Origin: Callorhinchus milii
Lineage: Eukaryota
Assembly: GCF_018977255.1 (NCBI RefSeq)
Contig: NW_024704743.1
Location: 105,898,001 to 105,962,000 of the forward strand
Reading direction: 5' to 3'
DNA: 64,000 bases
Shown: positions 61,656 to 64,000 of the stretch, one piece after another
Numbering within the stretch: position 1 is the first letter of the stretch
Layout: each line of letters opens with the position of its first letter
Translations under genes and position numbers: made by a program
Notes under the pieces: model-generated
Told to the model about the DNA's origin: nothing
What the model saw: the letters and a program-made list of their open reading frames with translations, nothing else
Databases searched by the model: none

Positions 61656-63479
61656 GTCTTTTGTCCTCTTATTATTTTGTATTTCCTCCTTCTAAAAAGT
61701 TATTTTTACTCCAGTTTTAAGCTGCAGTGTAGTGGTAATATATGGCTTTAAATCTGCTTTTGGCTTTCAATGGATAGATTTGATTGGTTCTCCACACTTC
61801 GGGACCCAACTGATGATTTCTAACATGCAAAAATACTTTTAAAGTTAAATTTCTAGGGGAATGTCTGAAGTGAGACTTTTTGTGTTGAAGTGAATCTGTT
61901 GGAAATTAAAACCACTGATTAAAATATAGAAACAAATAAGAGAAAGCAAGACTTCTATTTCCTAGCAGGATCCTGCCAATATGCCTCGTACGTCACTTTT
62001 TTTGCTTATGGAAATAATGGAGCTAACACTAAGTCTGGCCTATTGTACCAATCTGCTTGGAAGTTTTGTTAAGCAGCATTATCCCAAATTCCACCTAGTC
62101 TTAGCCTATAGTTTCATATCTTATAACCTACCTCTTTAACTGTGCCTGTTGTTCCTTCCCCCCTCTCCCCTCCCACCCTGCTCGACAGCGCCATTGTAAA
62201 GCGCTCCAAGACAATACTTTCAAGGGCCCTATATAAATGTGAGTTGTCATTCTTGTTATTTTGTCTTAAAATTTAAGACTGTCATGACAATTCAGTGTTT
62301 TGGAAAACTCCCAGAAACATAGTTTCCAAATTAAGATTGAATTGAAGAAGTTTGCGTGCAATCTCTCTCCAGTGCAGTGAAGAAGGAAACTTATTGGCTT
62401 GGCCTATATGGTCTGTCTTACCTGACAGACTGCTTCGAATCCTCGGAGATGCCAAGTTCCAGGAATTAATTTCTGTGAGATGATAGGGCATGGTAGCCCA
62501 AGCCTTGATCTTGCCCTCACCTTACCCTAAGAACATATAGACTATTAGGGGCTCAACTCACCGTTTACAGGTTCAGCAGAGATAATATATGCACTGGGAT
62601 GGATTTTATATACTATATAACAGCAATCTCCACAAAGTGCTCTGAGATGTTACCTTGCATTAGGGGCACTATATTTGTTGTTGTATCAGGTATTTTTCGT
62701 GGCTTATTTAATTTCAATACATACACTAATTTTTGCACAAACATTAAATGTTAAATGAGACCTGAAAAATAAATTAAATGTTACCTTCACGGTAATTGAT
62801 CAGAAAGTGTGCAACCCTTAAAGGCTGAGTGGGCTCTTCCTTTCCCGCATTTCTACATAAGAGAATATTGGTCCAAATTAATTGCTTAAAGTAATACTTG
62901 AGATGCTGAGATTTTTGATGCTGTGATCAGAGGATAGTAGGGTGAGTGAGTGTTCTGAAAGGGTGAAATCAGATGGGCCAAAGGGCCTTCTTCATTTGAA
63001 CTAATCTTGTGATCTTGTGGTCACCGTTTGCAAGTGTTCAGTTTACGGATGGTACAACATTGAGTCAATTGACATCTGAGCTTCTTCTATTCCTATCAGT
63101 GTATCTATAGGTCTGGGTCTTAATTCAACAAACATGACCTGTGTCAAGTACACATGTAGCTGGGCTGGGCAGGTAGTTTTAGTGGGCCTGTGCTTTACTT
63201 CTCCCTCTACAATAAATACAGCTGGCTAAACTGAACACTGCCACATTAACTGCAGGGTTTTTATTCCTGTTGGATAATATTGTTAAACGTTCATTTCATA
63301 AATAAAAAGGGCATGTTTATAAAAAGATTTGTTCAGAACTCAGAACAGTAAGAAAGGACACTTGACATTCCCAATTATCCCTAAATTCTGAAGATTGTTT
63401 CTGAATTCCCAAGTTATCCTGACTTGGGCCAGCTTTATTTCTCATTGAAACCAATTTGTTCATGGAAAGGGTTTTCCAT

Positions 63480-63655
63480 GATTCAAGCTAACCAGAACAT
63501 TCATGGTTATTTGTTTCTCTTCACAGCTGTTTATTGGATATTGCTTTGTTAAATTGGCAGCCACATTCACCTATAAAATACAGTCACTACACTTTACAGT
63601 CAATCTATTAAGCACTTTGACACAAAAGGTCCTTTATTAAATATTATTATTAACA
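63480..63655 (+). mobile_element. Deu-domain SINE 3' remnant
   Basis: aaattggcagccacatt..cagtcactacactttacagt. Confidence 0.65.
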
Positions 63656-64000
63656 TAATAATATGCCGATCTTGATGGTTTGGTGTAGTGATGGAAACAT
63701 AAACAATAGCTTTGCTGCATGTCTCAGGAGTAGGTGTAAGTGAGGGGAATGAACATCCGAGCAAATCTTCAAGTGCAGTACATTTTCAAAATATTTCAAT
63801 TAAACAACAACGATTTGCTTTTATATAGCACCCTTCACATGAATAGCATCTCAAAGCATTTGAATTAATTTTGAATTTATTTACAAAGCAATATGCAGAC
63901 TCATCACTGAAAAACCTTAAATGACTATTACTAATCTCCTTAAATTTGCTGGTCAACATTGAAATGTCACATGAAATATGCGCTTGGTTCACTACAGTAG

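Overview
Eukaryotic, vertebrate-type, repeat-rich DNA with no recognisable intact host protein-coding gene, consistent with a long intron or intergenic region. The repeat set points to a cartilaginous fish, possibly a chimaera/elephant shark (inference). It comprises L2 and CR1 LINE fragments, Deu-domain SINEs resembling SacSINE1, a younger tRNA-Ala-headed SINE with an L2-type tail, LF-SINE-like elements and a decayed PIF/Harbinger transposase. Most ORF-track entries are retroelement remnants or chance ORFs. Main observations: (1) the relic of a ~16 kb tandem duplication with a 4-bp microhomology junction and copy-specific TE insertions; (2) a 3' RNA stem-loop shared by L2 and SINEs with compensatory base changes; (3) a near-perfect 71-nt hairpin at 622-692; (4) minus-strand exon-like segments that could splice into an unrecognised transcript ending in a GPI-signal-like peptide (speculative). 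Family names come from recalled consensus features, not database searches, and boundaries of degenerate copies are approximate. I found no firm evidence of a new biological system.
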